From: Galactobacter caseinivorans
GTDB lineage: Bacteria; Actinomycetota; Actinomycetes; Actinomycetales; Micrococcaceae
Assembly (NCBI RefSeq): GCF_003640665.1
Contig: NZ_QQXL01000004.1
Coordinates: forward strand, 28,858-52,857
Length of the DNA: 24,000 nt
Direction of reading: 5' to 3'
In this document: in pieces, positions 8,842 through 16,767 of the stretch
Numbering within the stretch: the first letter of the stretch is position 1
How the letters are laid out: each line of letters opens with the position of its first letter
Notes under the pieces: model-generated
Told to the model about the DNA's origin: nothing
The model's input: only the letters and a program-made list of their open reading frames with translations
Database searches by the model: none
Translations under genes and position numbers: made by a program

Positions 8842-8903
8842 GCACAGCGAAAGGGGGCCGACGACGCGTGGTGATCATGCGTCGTCGGCCCCCTTCGCTG
8901 TGC
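8842..8903 (-). terminator. Long stem-loop 24 nt downstream of the rpf stop (probable rpf terminator, possibly bidirectional)
   Basis: The left arm gcacagcgaaagggggccgacgacgc (8842-8867) pairs with the right arm gcgtcgtcggcccccttcgctgtgc (8879-8903). This gives ~25 bp with a single-A bulge and loop gtggtgatcat. Confidence 0.65.
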
Positions 8904-8927
8904 CCTCGCCGGGCGGTGCGCTCAGTC

Positions 8928-9632
8928 TTAGCGGCGCAGGCCGGCCTTGCGGCCGCAGCCGCCCCAGGCGCCGGCGCCCTGGCCCTTGAGGACCTTCTCG
9001 GCGATGATGATCTGCTCGGCCTTGCTGGCGCGGTTCGCGGTGCTGGCGAACTTGCCGCCGCCGAAGGAGCGCCAGGTGCCGCTAGCGAACTGCAGGCCGC
9101 CGTAGTAGCCGTTGCCCGTGTTGATCTTCCAGTTGCCGCCGGACTCGCACTTGGCGACGCGGTCCCACATCTTCACTCGCGAGGAGGAGACCTTGGCGGT
9201 CTTCTTGGCCGCCTTGACGGTGACCCATGCGCCGTCAGCCTGGCGGGCGGAGCGGATCTTGGAGGAGCCCTTGGCCTTGTACTTCACCGAGGTCACAACC
9301 CAGTAGTGGCCGGGCTTGAGCTTCACGGAAGACTTGTTCGTGGCGATCCAGGACTTCACCTTGGGGCTCCACTGCTTCACGCTGACCTTGCGGCTCACGA
9401 GCTTGTGGCCCTTGGCGAGGCGAACCGAGCCGGGCTTGTAGTTGTACTTGGCCGTCTTGGACTTCACCTTGACGTTGGCGGCCTTGTTGATGTGCATGCC
9501 CTTGACGATGCCGGATGACTTGGCCTGCGCCTCGGGTGCCGTGGCGGTCGTGGCCGCGAGACCGCCGAGGGCCACTGCGGCCGCTGCGACGGTGGCTGCG
9601 CCGACGCGCGTTGCGGTGCGAACGTTCTGCAT
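8928..9632 (-). CDS. rpf: Secreted resuscitation-promoting-factor (Rpf, transglycosylase-like) domain protein, 234 aa
   Basis: The C-terminal ~75 aa, WDRVAKCESGGNWKINTGNGYYGGLQFASGTWRSFGG...AWGGC, is the Rpf domain with the catalytic Glu and the conserved Cys pair. The N-terminus has a signal peptide ending AQA. The region between them is Lys-rich and of unknown fold. Confidence 0.85.
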   Translation of the reverse strand: MQNVRTATRVGAATVAAAAVALGGLAATTATAPEAQAKSSGIVKGMHINKAANVKVKSKTAKYNYKPGSVRLAKGHKLVSRKVSVKQWSPKVKSWIATNKSSVKLKPGHYWVVTSVKYKAKGSSKIRSARQADGAWVTVKAAKKTAKVSSSRVKMWDRVAKCESGGNWKINTGNGYYGGLQFASGTWRSFGGGKFASTANRASKAEQIIIAEKVLKGQGAGAWGGCGRKAGLRR

Positions 9633-9853
9633 GGGAGGTGTCTCCGTTCAGGTTGGGGCCTCGACACACCTGCCAGGCCGCCCCAGCAAACTCGCTCAGA
9701 GGAGACCCGATCTTCGGGCTCCTGCAAGTCGTGGGGGACGAACTCGGAGAACGCTACCAAAGGCGTGACCATTCCGTAACCTAGCCGATGCGAGGTTGTG
9801 ACCTGAGGGTCTTCGGCTTCCCGCGCCAGCGCTGGGATGCGCAGCATGAGGAA
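9633..9853 (-). promoter_or_regulatory. Long structured 5' leader of rpf (candidate riboswitch or translational control element)
   Basis: The only AT-rich patch upstream carries TATATT (complement of 9861-9866) and TTGACG (complement of 9874-9879). This implies a leader of ~220 nt. It contains several stable hairpins, for example ggagcccgaagatcgggtctcc. A GTCTCC segment is complementary to the SD region GGAGAC just before the ATG. Confidence 0.35.
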
Positions 9854-9927
9854 GCTCACAAATATACTTGTCACGTCAACGGCGTGTGGGGCTCAGCTTG
9901 GGTGTATTGGGCCCACAAACGCCAAAC

Positions 9928-9958
9928 GGGCGCCACCCCCGAGTAGGGAGCGGCGCCC
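9928..9958 (-). terminator. Stem-loop terminator after the lipoprotein gene
   Basis: The minus-strand RNA gggcgccgctccc-uacuc-gggggtggcgccc forms a 13-bp stem with 2 mismatches. It is followed by GTTTGGCGTTTGTGGG and lies 28 nt after the stop at 9986. Confidence 0.6.
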
Positions 9959-9985
9959 GCCGTGCTAGCGGGTAAACGTCTCAGA

Positions 9986-10516
9986 TCAGACGGAGCACTT
10001 GCCCACGGTTGCGGTGGCCTTCATCAGCTTGCTGTCCTTGGGCGCGGCGGCCTTGGCGATCTCCTGAATCTTCTTCGCGTCATTGGCCGCAGCGGCGGCG
10101 GAAATGTCGTTCCAGTACTTGCCCATCTCCTGGATGGCCGCCTTCTGCGTCGGGTCAGACGCCTCGTCAGCGATGGCGTTGAGGTCGGCCGCAGACTTGT
10201 TCAGGGTCTCCACCATCTTGGTCAGGTCGCCCGTCATCATGGAGGACAAGTCTGTGTTGGCTCCCGTGAAGGCGTCCATAGCCTTCTTGCAGACATTGGC
10301 GCCGGCCGCGGTCCCGGTGGAGGCGCTGCCAGCGGCAGCCGAGGAGGAGGTGGCCGGGGCTGACGTGGCCGGGGCCGAGCTGGACGCGGCGGAGCTAGAG
10401 GGGGCAGGCGCGGAGGAGGACCCGGCCGGGGCGGAGCCACTGCAGGCGGCCAGCGTGAGGCTCAGGATGCCGGCGGCTGCTGCGGCGGACACGAACTTGG
10501 GGAATGACTTCTTCAC
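9986..10516 (-). CDS. Putative secreted lipoprotein of unknown function (~176 aa)
   Basis: GTG at 10516 gives M/VKKSFPKFVSAAAAAGILSLTLAAC, a classic n-region/h-region/lipobox (LAAC) signal. It is followed by a Ser/Ala-rich linker and a ~100-aa predicted helical domain bracketed by two Cys (ANVCKK...TVGKCSV). The track start GTG 10564 would add 16 residues. No family recognised. Confidence 0.6.
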   Translation of the reverse strand: MKKSFPKFVSAAAAAGILSLTLAACSGSAPAGSSSAPAPSSSAASSSAPATSAPATSSSAAAGSASTGTAAGANVCKKAMDAFTGANTDLSSMMTGDLTKMVETLNKSAADLNAIADEASDPTQKAAIQEMGKYWNDISAAAAANDAKKIQEIAKAAAPKDSKLMKATATVGKCSV

Positions 10517-10687
10517 GAGGGTGCCAACTTTCAAAATCAACAGGGTGGTAACAATCGGTGACACCGTGAGACTAGGGCATTCTCGACGCGTTCGTCACGT
10601 TCTCAGAGATACTCCCACGGTTCTTTGAGTGATTGTGCCTTCAATGAATCCGCCGGAAAAGGCCACTCTCGCCTGCTCTGACATGAC

Positions 10688-10730
10688 GCAGGGGCGGGTG
10701 CGCAACCGCTTTCCGCGCACCCGCCCCTGC
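10688..10730 (-). terminator. Stem-loop terminator after the alkaline phosphatase gene
   Basis: A perfect 16-bp stem gcaggggcgggtgcgc / gcgcacccgcccctgc with an 11-nt loop, 64 nt after the stop at 10794. Confidence 0.6.
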
Positions 10731-10793
10731 CATTACTTCTGAACTGTCTTTACTTCTGTGCTGCCTTTATTTCCGGACTGCGCTCACGGCCGC

Positions 10794-12290
10794 TCAGCGG
10801 GAGGAGGAGGAGGACTGCGCCATGGCGCCGCCCTTGCCCAGCTTCAGCGCCCGCTGGATCGTGAAGAACAGATCCGTCTGGTCCGTCAGGCCAAGCACGT
10901 TGGCAGACTGGGGACCGGAGGCCGCGATGCGCAGCTGCGTACCGGTGTGCATCTGCGAGCCGCCCTCATCCGCCGTGCCGTAGGCAACGGTCATGGGCTG
11001 GCCCTCGTTGGTGGTCAGCGTGCGGGTCAGGCCAAGCGTGGTCTCACCGGGGTAGACCAGCTGCGAGGAGTGAGCGTGGTCTGCCGTGACAACCACCAGG
11101 GTGTTCTTGTCCTTCTTGGCGAAGGCGAGAGCCGCCTCCACTGCCTCATCCAGCTGCACGGTCTCGCCGATCTGGCCACAGGGGTTGGCTGCGTGATCCT
11201 GCTTGTCGATGCTGGCCGACTCCACCTGGAGGAAGAAGCCCTTCTTGTTCTTCTTCTTCAGCAGGTCAATCGCCTTGAGCGTCATGTCCTGCAGGCGCGG
11301 GGTGCGCGAGGTCAGTGCGGGGTTATCGGTGCAACGCACGGCTGCTTCCTTGCCGCCCTTGCGGGTGGCTCCGGGGCCCTGCCAGTCGGTGGGCAGGTTG
11401 CCCGGGGCAAACAGGCCAAGCACCGGCTTCTTCTGGTTGGCCACGCTCAGGCGGTTCAGGCCGCTGCGGTTGGTGACGACCTGGTAGCCGGTGGTCTGCG
11501 CCTGCTCCATCAGGGTCTTGCCCTTGAACTTGCCGGCCTTGGCCTTCTGGTCAAAGCTCTTGGCGCCGCCACCGAAGGTGACGTCCGCGCGGGTGCCAAT
11601 CAGCTGCTCGGTGATGGAGCCGCGGCCACCCTTCTCCAGTGCGTTCTCGGGGCACTTTGCGGTGGTCTCATCCGGGCCGTAGCAGGAGCGCTGGGAGACG
11701 TGGGAAACCTGAACGGCCGGCGTCGCGTCCTGCAGCTCAGAGGTGGTGACGTTGCCGGTGCGCAGGCCCTTTTCCTTGGCCAGCTCCAGGAGTGACTTCT
11801 GGCCCTGGCCCTTCAGGTCCACGGAGATGGCGCCGTTGTAGGTCTTGGTGCCCGTGGCCCAGCCGGATCCGGAGGCGGCGGAGTCGGTGACGTAGTCCGG
11901 CTTGCCGTTCTTCTTGTCCAGGCTGTAGGTCGAGTACTGGCCGGTCATCGGCAGTGCATCGATGCCCGGGAAGCGGCCGGCGGCGCCGTGCTCGTAGTTG
12001 CGCGCCACGGTGATCTCCGAGTCGCCCATGCCGTCGCCAATCAGCAGGATCACGTTCTTGGCCTTGGAGCCGTTCATGGCCTGCTTCAGCGCCTCGGTGC
12101 GATCGCCCTGGGTGCGGGCACCGCCGCCGTGCTTGGTGATGTCATCGGTGACGGGCTGAACGCGTGCCTGCGCGGCGGGTGCCTGCGGCGCGGGAGCGGC
12201 CGTGACGGCTGCGGCTCCGGCCACGACTCCTCCGGCGAGCAGCGCCGTGACGCCGGTGACGGCGAGGGTGCGAGCGAGTGTCCTCTGCAT
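10794..12290 (-). CDS. phoA: Secreted alkaline phosphatase (PhoA family), 498 aa
   Basis: The metal-site and active-site motifs are present: [18 protein letters not shown] and [14 protein letters not shown] (nucleophile Ser in DSAAS), plus ADHAHSSQ near the C-terminus. The N-terminus has a signal peptide. Confidence 0.9.
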   Translation of the reverse strand: MQRTLARTLAVTGVTALLAGGVVAGAAAVTAAPAPQAPAAQARVQPVTDDITKHGGGARTQGDRTEALKQAMNGSKAKNVILLIGDGMGDSEITVARNYEHGAAGRFPGIDALPMTGQYSTYSLDKKNGKPDYVTDSAASGSGWATGTKTYNGAISVDLKGQGQKSLLELAKEKGLRTGNVTTSELQDATPAVQVSHVSQRSCYGPDETTAKCPENALEKGGRGSITEQLIGTRADVTFGGGAKSFDQKAKAGKFKGKTLMEQAQTTGYQVVTNRSGLNRLSVANQKKPVLGLFAPGNLPTDWQGPGATRKGGKEAAVRCTDNPALTSRTPRLQDMTLKAIDLLKKKNKKGFFLQVESASIDKQDHAANPCGQIGETVQLDEAVEAALAFAKKDKNTLVVVTADHAHSSQLVYPGETTLGLTRTLTTNEGQPMTVAYGTADEGGSQMHTGTQLRIAASGPQSANVLGLTDQTDLFFTIQRALKLGKGGAMAQSSSSSR

Positions 12291-12332
12291 GGTGTTCCCC
12301 TAGTTCTCAAAGGTCGGGGCACACACCCCGTC

Positions 12333-12377
12333 GTGGATCCCACGCAACACCTCTTAAATATCCAGAGGTGGATCACC
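12333..12377. promoter_or_regulatory. Two related GATC-centred dyads plus a 7-bp inverted repeat in the phoA promoter region (candidate operator)
   Basis: GTGGATCCCAC lies at 12333-12343 and GGTGGATCACC at 12367-12377. CACCTCT-N9-AGAGGTG spans 12348-12370 around an AT-rich core. All lie 43-87 nt upstream of the phoA ATG (12290). Confidence 0.25.
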
Positions 12378-12399
12378 AAGCAAACACTGTGTGAATTAG

Positions 12400-13461
12400 T
12401 CAGCGCGCGCTATTTCCTCCGTTGTGCTGCGCCCGCGGCTGCCATCCGAGTGCTGGCCCAATCCTGGTGGCCACCTGCCGCAATTGATGCCGCCAGTCCT
12501 CCGGCTCCAGCTCAAAGGGCAGCTCAAAGATCACCTCATCCGCCAACGCAAAGGACTCATCCTCGGCGAAGCTGTGGACAATCTCCTCTAGGGAACCCAT
12601 CACATCCGGCGCAATGATGGTCTTTGCTCCCACCACCCCGCGGGTGCGCGGCGTGCGCCGCTGCACATAGGCGCGGTAGCGCGCCTCCTGCTCTGGCGTG
12701 GTGCCATCCAAGGGCACGACGACGCGCGCTTGGCTCACGTGCGCCGCCTCCCCTGCGGGGTGGGCGGCTCGGAAGGCGCGCATCTGCGCGGCTTGGGCCG
12801 CGTTGACGCTGCGCACCCCGTTCTCCATGGTGGAGATGTTGCTGACCAGCAGGCTCAACCCCGCCGCCCCTGCCCACTCGGCGGAGCGCAGCGAGCCAGC
12901 ACCGTAGGCCGCCCTCTGGGCCAGACCGGGGCTCAGCGGTTGCACGGTTGGCGCATCAAAGTCGCCGCCAAAGCCTTGGTACTCCCCCACTTCCCGCACC
13001 GCTTGCCCACGCAACAGGGCCAAGAGCCGCTCCAGGCGCTCGTTTCCATAGTCCTCACGCTCCCAGCCGGCGCCAAACACGCGGGCGTTCACCGCGGCGT
13101 CGAACCGGGGAGGGTGCGCGCTGAAACCCGGGCGCAATCGCCCGCCAGAGAGCAGGTCCACCGTGCCCAGGTCCTCCGCCAGACGGAAAGGATTCTCAAA
13201 CTCCAGCGGGATGACTGCATTGCCCAGCTCCAGGGTGGAGGTGACCTGGGAGAGCGCCCCCAAGTACGCTCCGGGCGCACCCACCCCGTACTGGAGGTGC
13301 CGCGTGCGGATCCAGCCTGAATCAAAACCCAGTTCCTCGGCGTAAGTAAAGAGGTCAAGGGCATCACGCAATCCGGCGCCCGGATCCTGGGCAGTAAAGG
13401 GGACCAGGTGCAGGAATCCCAGGCGTTTTAAGGGGCGGTCGCGATGCAAGGCGGGGCTCAT
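12400..13461 (-). CDS. LLM-class (luciferase-like) flavin-dependent oxidoreductase, 353 aa
   Basis: The protein LGFLHLVPF...YAEELGFDSGWIRTRHLQYGV...LGNAVIPLEFENP fits the TIM-barrel luciferase-like monooxygenase pattern. Confidence 0.85.
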   Translation of the reverse strand: MSPALHRDRPLKRLGFLHLVPFTAQDPGAGLRDALDLFTYAEELGFDSGWIRTRHLQYGVGAPGAYLGALSQVTSTLELGNAVIPLEFENPFRLAEDLGTVDLLSGGRLRPGFSAHPPRFDAAVNARVFGAGWEREDYGNERLERLLALLRGQAVREVGEYQGFGGDFDAPTVQPLSPGLAQRAAYGAGSLRSAEWAGAAGLSLLVSNISTMENGVRSVNAAQAAQMRAFRAAHPAGEAAHVSQARVVVPLDGTTPEQEARYRAYVQRRTPRTRGVVGAKTIIAPDVMGSLEEIVHSFAEDESFALADEVIFELPFELEPEDWRHQLRQVATRIGPALGWQPRAQHNGGNSAR

Positions 13462-13548
13462 GTGGGTGACGCTACGACTCCCAGCGCGCTGGGACGAAGG
13501 CGCAGGACGAACCGAGGCCGTGCGTGAAGAAAAACGCGGCGGTACGTC

Positions 13549-13586
13549 AAAAAGCGAAAGGCCGCCGATCCGAAGATCAGCGGCCT
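13549..13586 (-). terminator. Rho-independent terminator after tRNA-Leu
   Basis: The minus-strand RNA aggccgcugauc-uucg-gaucggcggccu is followed by UUUCGCUUUUU. It lies immediately 3' of the tRNA. Confidence 0.8.
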
Positions 13587-13595
13587 TGTCGTTTG

Positions 13596-13679
<84 letters not shown>

Positions 13680-14028
13680 AGAGTGGACTCCCAGACCAAA
13701 GCGATACGATGGCCTCGAAGCGATTACTAGCCTATACCGAACCCCGCACCCACACCTAATCGGGTGGGGCCCGCTCCTCGGCCGCCCACCGACCCCCCTC
13801 GTGAAACGCGCCCGCTGGGGCGTCTTCACAGCCCTTACTCACCTGGATCAGGAGCCGCGTTCAGCGCGTTTCGGTAGAGTCGACCCCGGACACCGGCTTC
13901 GGTGGTCCCTGTCGAGCCCGTTTTTCCCCCGCATTTCGGGGCCAAGTGGGCCGTGCGGGAACCCGGACCCGCAACCGTCTCGGCGCCACCGCGCCGGGCT
14001 CATCAGCCAGATCAGGAAGGAGGCCACG

Positions 14029-14832
14029 ATGGGACTTGTGAAGGGACTCGAGCGCGGCCTCGAGAAGATGGTGGCACGGGCCTTCCGCGGCGCTTCCGCG
14101 GACGGCGTGAAGCCGGTGGAGATTGCCAACCGGCTCCGCAACGTCATGGATGACGAGGCCTTTGCTCTCTCTGAGGGCCGCACCGTCGCTCCGCACGCCT
14201 TTACGGTGCGCTTGGGTGACGACGACTACGCCAAGGCCCGCGAATGGGGCCTCCCGCTGGCCCAGGAGCTGGCAGACGTTGCGCTGGAGCACGCGCAACA
14301 CCAGGACTACACGCTCCGCGACGCGGTCACGGTGACGTTCCGTCACGACTCCGAGCTGAGCAAGGGCCACCTCGTGGTGGATGCGTCTTTGGGTGGCCCG
14401 CAGGCCGCTCCCCCGCGTCCCCAGCGCCCCGCGCCCCGGGCCGCGCAGAGCACGCCGGCTCCGCGTTTGGACGCTCCCGCGGGCGCCACGGCGCCCATCG
14501 CCCCCGCTCCCGCGCCGCGCGCACCAGCCGCCGCCACCGCCGTGATTGAGGTGGAGGGGCGCCGCTACGCCATCAACGCCTCCGAGATCTCCATTGGCCG
14601 TTCCTCGGAGGCAGACATTCAGGTGGATGACTCGGGTGTGTCCCGCAAGCACGTGGGCATCGTGAAGCGTGGCGAGCGCGTGTTTGCCCACGACCTTGGC
14701 TCAACGAACGGCAGCTTTGTGGACGGGCAACGCGCTCAGGGCGACGTTGAATTGCACGACGGCTCAGTGGTCACCGTGGGGCACACCCGCGTGACCTTCC
14801 GCTTCGAAAACAAGCCGCAGGGGGTGAGGTAG
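14029..14832 (+). CDS. fhaA: FhaA: FHA-domain protein (N-terminal FhaA/DUF3662 domain, Pro/Ala linker, C-terminal FHA), 267 aa
   Basis: The track ORF starts at 13801, but ATG 14029 is preceded by AGGAAGGAGG. It gives the conserved N-terminus MGLVKGLERGLEKMVARAFRG. The C-terminal FHA signature is ISIGRSSEADIQVDDSGVSRKHV...HDLGSTNGSFVDG. Confidence 0.85.
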   Translation: MGLVKGLERGLEKMVARAFRGASADGVKPVEIANRLRNVMDDEAFALSEGRTVAPHAFTVRLGDDDYAKAREWGLPLAQELADVALEHAQHQDYTLRDAVTVTFRHDSELSKGHLVVDASLGGPQAAPPRPQRPAPRAAQSTPAPRLDAPAGATAPIAPAPAPRAPAAATAVIEVEGRRYAINASEISIGRSSEADIQVDDSGVSRKHVGIVKRGERVFAHDLGSTNGSFVDGQRAQGDVELHDGSVVTVGHTRVTFRFENKPQGVR

Positions 14833-14836
14833 CCCA

Positions 14837-15337
14837 GTGGCTCCTCTGGTTCTGACTCTGCTGCGCTTTGCCTTCTTGGCCTTGGTGTGGCTCCTCGTTC
14901 TGATTGTGATCTTTGCCCTGCGCCGCGACCTCGGCGTGGGCCAGCGCACCCGCACTGTCCCCGCCGGGGCCGGCCGCCGCGAGCGCCAACAGGCGCAAGC
15001 GGTCAACGCCGCGCCGCCCGCCGATCCCGAGGGCGAACCGCGCCAAAACGCGCGGCGCCTGGTGGTCCTTGAGGGCCCCACAGCGGGCACCGAGTTGCCA
15101 CTCGCAGAGGCCCCGCTGCTGCTTGGGCGCGCCCAGGAGGCCACGCTGGTCCTGGATGATGACTACTCCTCTGGCCGCCACGCGCGCCTCTTTCCCCAGG
15201 GGAGCCGCTGGTTCCTCGAGGACCTTGGCTCCACCAACGGCACCTTCCTTGACGATGCGCAGCTCAGCCGGGCGCAGCCCGTTGACCTGGGTCAGCGCAT
15301 CCGCATTGGCAAGACCGTCATGGAGTTGAGGCCCTGA
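14837..15337 (+). CDS. fhaB: FhaB/FipA: membrane-anchored FHA-domain protein, 166 aa
   Basis: An N-terminal TM helix (LLRFAFLALVWLLVLIVIFAL) is followed by a C-terminal FHA domain (LLLGRAQEATLVLDDDYSSGRHARL...EDLGSTNGTFLD). The start is GTG, 4 nt after the fhaA stop. Confidence 0.8.
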   Translation: MAPLVLTLLRFAFLALVWLLVLIVIFALRRDLGVGQRTRTVPAGAGRRERQQAQAVNAAPPADPEGEPRQNARRLVVLEGPTAGTELPLAEAPLLLGRAQEATLVLDDDYSSGRHARLFPQGSRWFLEDLGSTNGTFLDDAQLSRAQPVDLGQRIRIGKTVMELRP

Positions 15338-15339
15338 CC

Positions 15340-16767
15340 ATGGCGCTCTATCTAGACTTTGCCGCGCACTCAGATGTTGGAAAGGTGCGCAAGAAAAACG
15401 ACGACTCGGGCTATGCCGGGCGTTATTTTGCCGTGGTTGCCGACGGCATGGGAGGGCACGTGGGTGGCGATGTCGCGTCCGCGTCCACCGTGTTGGACCT
15501 GGTGCACCTTGACCGCTCCGACGTCGAGGATCCGGCCACCATGCTGGCGGATGAGATCCAGTCGGCCAACATCATCCTGAACGAGCTGGTGGATCAAAAC
15601 CCCAAGCTCTCTGGCATGGGCACCACGGTCACCGCGCTGCTCTTGACCCGGGATCGCTTCCGCTACGCGCACATCGGCGACTCGCGCGCCTACCGCCTCA
15701 AGGACGGCGTCTGGGAACAGATGAGCCGCGATCACACCTTCGTGGAGAAGCTGCTGGAAGAGGGCCGGATCACCGCTGAGGAAGCCAAGGTGCATCCGCA
15801 CCGCAACGTGATCATGCGGGTGCTCGGCGACTCAGACGCCTCCCCCGAGCTGGATCTCTTTGAGTACCCGGTGGAACCGGGAGAGCGGTGGATGCTCTGC
15901 TCGGACGGCATCAACGCCGTGGTCCCTGAGGAAGAGACCGAGCAGATCATGCGGGACTCCGCGACGGTCCGCGAGGCCGCGGACCGCCTGGTGGAGCGCA
16001 CGCTGGAGCTCGGCTCCCCGGACAACGTCACCGCTGTGGTGGTTGAGGTGCTGGACGACGCTGCGACGCCACCTTCGCTTGACCTCAGCGCACTCCCCGA
16101 GGACCCCTCCCCTGATACGGCGCAATTGCGTGTGGCCGCGGACGGCGACTTGGAGGCCAACCGCGCCATCCTGCGCCACGACATGGCCAACCGCCCCCAT
16201 GAGCTGGTGGGCGCTGCCCTGCTGGCCACCGAATCCGGCCAGCTGGCCATCGTGACCCAGCGCTCTGGCGAACGCCGAGCGGCCGCGCTGCTCAATCACA
16301 AGACGGCTCAGGAGGAAACGCAGAGCGTTGCCACGGACTCCGAGCTGCTCACTGACGAGCCGCCTAGAAAAAGACGCGGCTGGATCCTCCCTGCCATCCT
16401 GGTCGTCTGCGTGGCAATGCTCGCTTCCGTCCTCTGGCTCGGCTACTCCTGGACCCAAACCCGCTACTACGTCGGAGTGAATGACGGCAAGGTGGCGCTC
16501 TTCCAGGGTGTCTCCCAGGACCTTGGCCCGCTCAAGCTCTCCCACGTGGATGCCCAGACGCAGATCCCCCTTGACGCGTTGCCCGCCTTCACCCAGTCCG
16601 GCCTCAACTCCGGCATTCCCGGGGATACCCGGCAGGAGGCCATGGAAACGCTGGCTCAGGTCCTGACCACGGCCAAGCAGAACTGCGACGTGACCGCGCC
16701 CGGGGCCGCGCCCAATGGGGCCACCACGGAAGAGCCGGCCTACTGCACCGAAGAGGTGCCCCAGTGA
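15340..16767 (+). CDS. pstP: PstP: PP2C-family Ser/Thr phosphatase with a TM helix and extracellular C-terminal domain, 475 aa
   Basis: PP2C motifs are present: HSDVGKVRKKNDD, VADGMGGHVGGDVAS, LCSDGI and DNVTAVVV. A single TM helix follows (WILPAILVVCVAMLASVLWLGY). Confidence 0.9.
   Translation: MALYLDFAAHSDVGKVRKKNDDSGYAGRYFAVVADGMGGHVGGDVASASTVLDLVHLDRSDVEDPATMLADEIQSANIILNELVDQNPKLSGMGTTVTALLLTRDRFRYAHIGDSRAYRLKDGVWEQMSRDHTFVEKLLEEGRITAEEAKVHPHRNVIMRVLGDSDASPELDLFEYPVEPGERWMLCSDGINAVVPEEETEQIMRDSATVREAADRLVERTLELGSPDNVTAVVVEVLDDAATPPSLDLSALPEDPSPDTAQLRVAADGDLEANRAILRHDMANRPHELVGAALLATESGQLAIVTQRSGERRAAALLNHKTAQEETQSVATDSELLTDEPPRKRRGWILPAILVVCVAMLASVLWLGYSWTQTRYYVGVNDGKVALFQGVSQDLGPLKLSHVDAQTQIPLDALPAFTQSGLNSGIPGDTRQEAMETLAQVLTTAKQNCDVTAPGAAPNGATTEEPAYCTEEVPQ

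Noticed and set aside
8743-8903. The possibility that the repeated 14-mers form a CRISPR array.
   Set aside because: The units are directly abutting with no spacers and are far shorter than CRISPR repeats. No cas genes are present in the window.
8542-8989. Track ORFs crossing the tandem repeat (8542..8874+, 8633..8878-, 8735..8989+), whose translations show repeated peptide motifs.
   Set aside because: The peptide periodicity is a by-product of the 14-bp DNA repeat cycling through three frames (42 bp = 14 aa). The ORFs also run through two terminator hairpins and have no SD.
9633-9900. Plus-strand matches to ydaO-like boxes (GUGGGGGAC at ~9731-9739 and UCCGUAACCU...GAUGCG at ~9773-9792).
   Set aside because: They lie on the strand antisense to rpf, with no plus-strand gene downstream (the next feature is a minus-strand terminator and gene). 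The matches are short and partial. I kept only the general leader hypothesis, which needs a covariance-model search.
13886-13930. A plus-strand hairpin (ggacaccg-gctt-cggtggtcc) followed some distance later by GTTTTT, upstream of fhaA, considered as a possible attenuator or terminator.
   Set aside because: The T-run lies ~12 nt from the stem and is short, and there is no upstream plus-strand gene to terminate. Comparable GC-rich hairpins are frequent in this DNA, so the support is insufficient.
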